Source of the DNA: Glaucostegus cemiculus
Taxonomy: Eukaryota
Reading direction: 5' to 3'
Assembly: GCA_976551045.1 (NCBI GenBank)
Contig: CDPCPM010000281.1
Coordinates: forward strand, 1,922,001 to 1,986,000
DNA length: 64,000 bases
Shown piece by piece: positions 62,687-64,000 of the stretch. A model generated the notes under the pieces. It searched no databases, was not told where the DNA came from, and worked only from the letters and a program-made list of their open reading frames with translations. Positions within the stretch are counted from its first letter, which is position 1. Each line of letters begins with the position of its first letter. The translations under genes and the position numbers were made by a program.

Positions 62687-64000
62687 AGTGAGTACTTTTG
62701 GTTAAGAAAGATCATGTGCATGGCATTCTGTATTGAGACATCTCATACGTAAAACAATGGGATAAAATACTGAAGAAATTCATTAAAAAAAACTTTTCAT
62801 TGATTCTTTATAATATGGTATAGAATTCATTTTGTGTTCTTAACAACTTCCTAGAATAGGGCATCAAAAGTATTTCTTTTCTTTACAAAAGAAATGTTGT
62901 TTTCTGTGCAAATTGCATTTCACATCCTGTACTTTATCTGCTATTGATTTTCTTTCTTGTACTTTTTCCACTGTATGTACACTTTCATTTCTATGATTCA
63001 TTTAAAGAAAATCTCAGCAATTTACTCGTCTGCTACAGTGCTACAAAATCTGGATTTTGGTGATCACTGTATAGGCATGGCATAAGACATCAATTGAACG
63101 GGAGACGGTGGAGGTAATTGCTTTATATTACTGCAACCGAAACTTTTGTTACAACATAGGTGCAATCAGTCGTTCATGTACCACGTTACCTGTCAAGCCT
63201 TTCTTTGGTTTTTGACGTGCGGTATTGTGATGTGTGTAATTGAATATCAAGTTTTCTTTAGATTTGTAATTTAACAACTTTTTGTAAAAGTTATAACTGT
63301 TTAAGAATTGAGAGGCTTGGACAGCCTTTCAAGAAGGTTGAAATTGAAACTGGTATTTAAATTGTAAAAATTTGTTGCTTTTGATGCTTTCCAAAAGTAT
63401 TAAGAGGGGAACCGTTCTCGTGGCTGACTCGGGGGCAATGTGCTAAGTGCGGCAAGGTGGACAATGTAATAACCTGTCATTACACTGAGTGCAAGGTCAA
63501 TACTGTTAGTGAAGTTAGGAATTACTTTGAACCAGGGGAACCAGGTTCTTCTCACAGTGCAGGATGGAGTTTCCTTCAAAAACAGGGCAAGGTCAGGATG
63601 CACAGCACGGGTACATTGTTTTACTCATTCTGAAAGGGGGATGAGGAGAGGTCCCTGCAGGGAAGATGGTACGACCAAGGGAAAGGGTTGGCCCCTGTCT
63701 CTTTGGACTGAGGGTGAACCAGCTAGGCTCTTGGAGCTGGAAAGACAGTTTGCTGGCAAAAAAAAAGTCTCCGATTGCTGTTGAGCTCAAAACAAAGACA
63801 TCTACACAGTTGCTGAAACATTGCACAGTTGACTACATTAGGAGGCATGCGGCACTTGAAGTGAGATCGTGTTTGTTGGTTAGCCTCGTGGAAACCACGT
63901 TAAAAAGGATAGTGGTGCAGAAGATGATGTGAATACTCCGGCTGCAGATGTTCACAGTGTTGTTATGCACTCCGATATGATTTTGGGCAGTATGGGTCCT

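Noticed and set aside
1-64000. CRISPR arrays, operons or other prokaryotic or viral systems
   Set aside because: No regularly spaced repeats or gene-dense ORFs; the content is vertebrate non-coding DNA.

Overview
Eukaryotic, AT-rich, CpG-depleted vertebrate DNA. The repeat content (HE1-type V-SINEs, HER1/CR1 LINEs, Deu-domain SINEs, Rex1 tails, Penelope-type inverted repeats) points to a cartilaginous fish, probably a ray or other batoid (inference). I could not recognise any host protein-coding exon, RNA gene or prokaryotic feature. The window looks intronic or intergenic: decayed retroelement fragments alternate with repeat-poor stretches that may hold enhancers. The only ORFs with recognisable protein motifs are broken LINE reverse-transcriptase remnants. 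The most notable observations are: (1) about 14 Penelope-type terminal-repeat remnants, several with degenerate minimal hammerhead-ribozyme motifs, often as palindromes centred on the ribozyme; (2) several local templated-copy scars (39.4-40.1 kb, 45.1-46.4 kb, 54.3 kb); (3) a let-7 target site in both long Rex1 3' tails; (4) a few weak exon and enhancer candidates. I found no convincing new biological system. Repeat boundaries were read by eye and are approximate (tens of bp), and family names come from motif recognition, not database searches.
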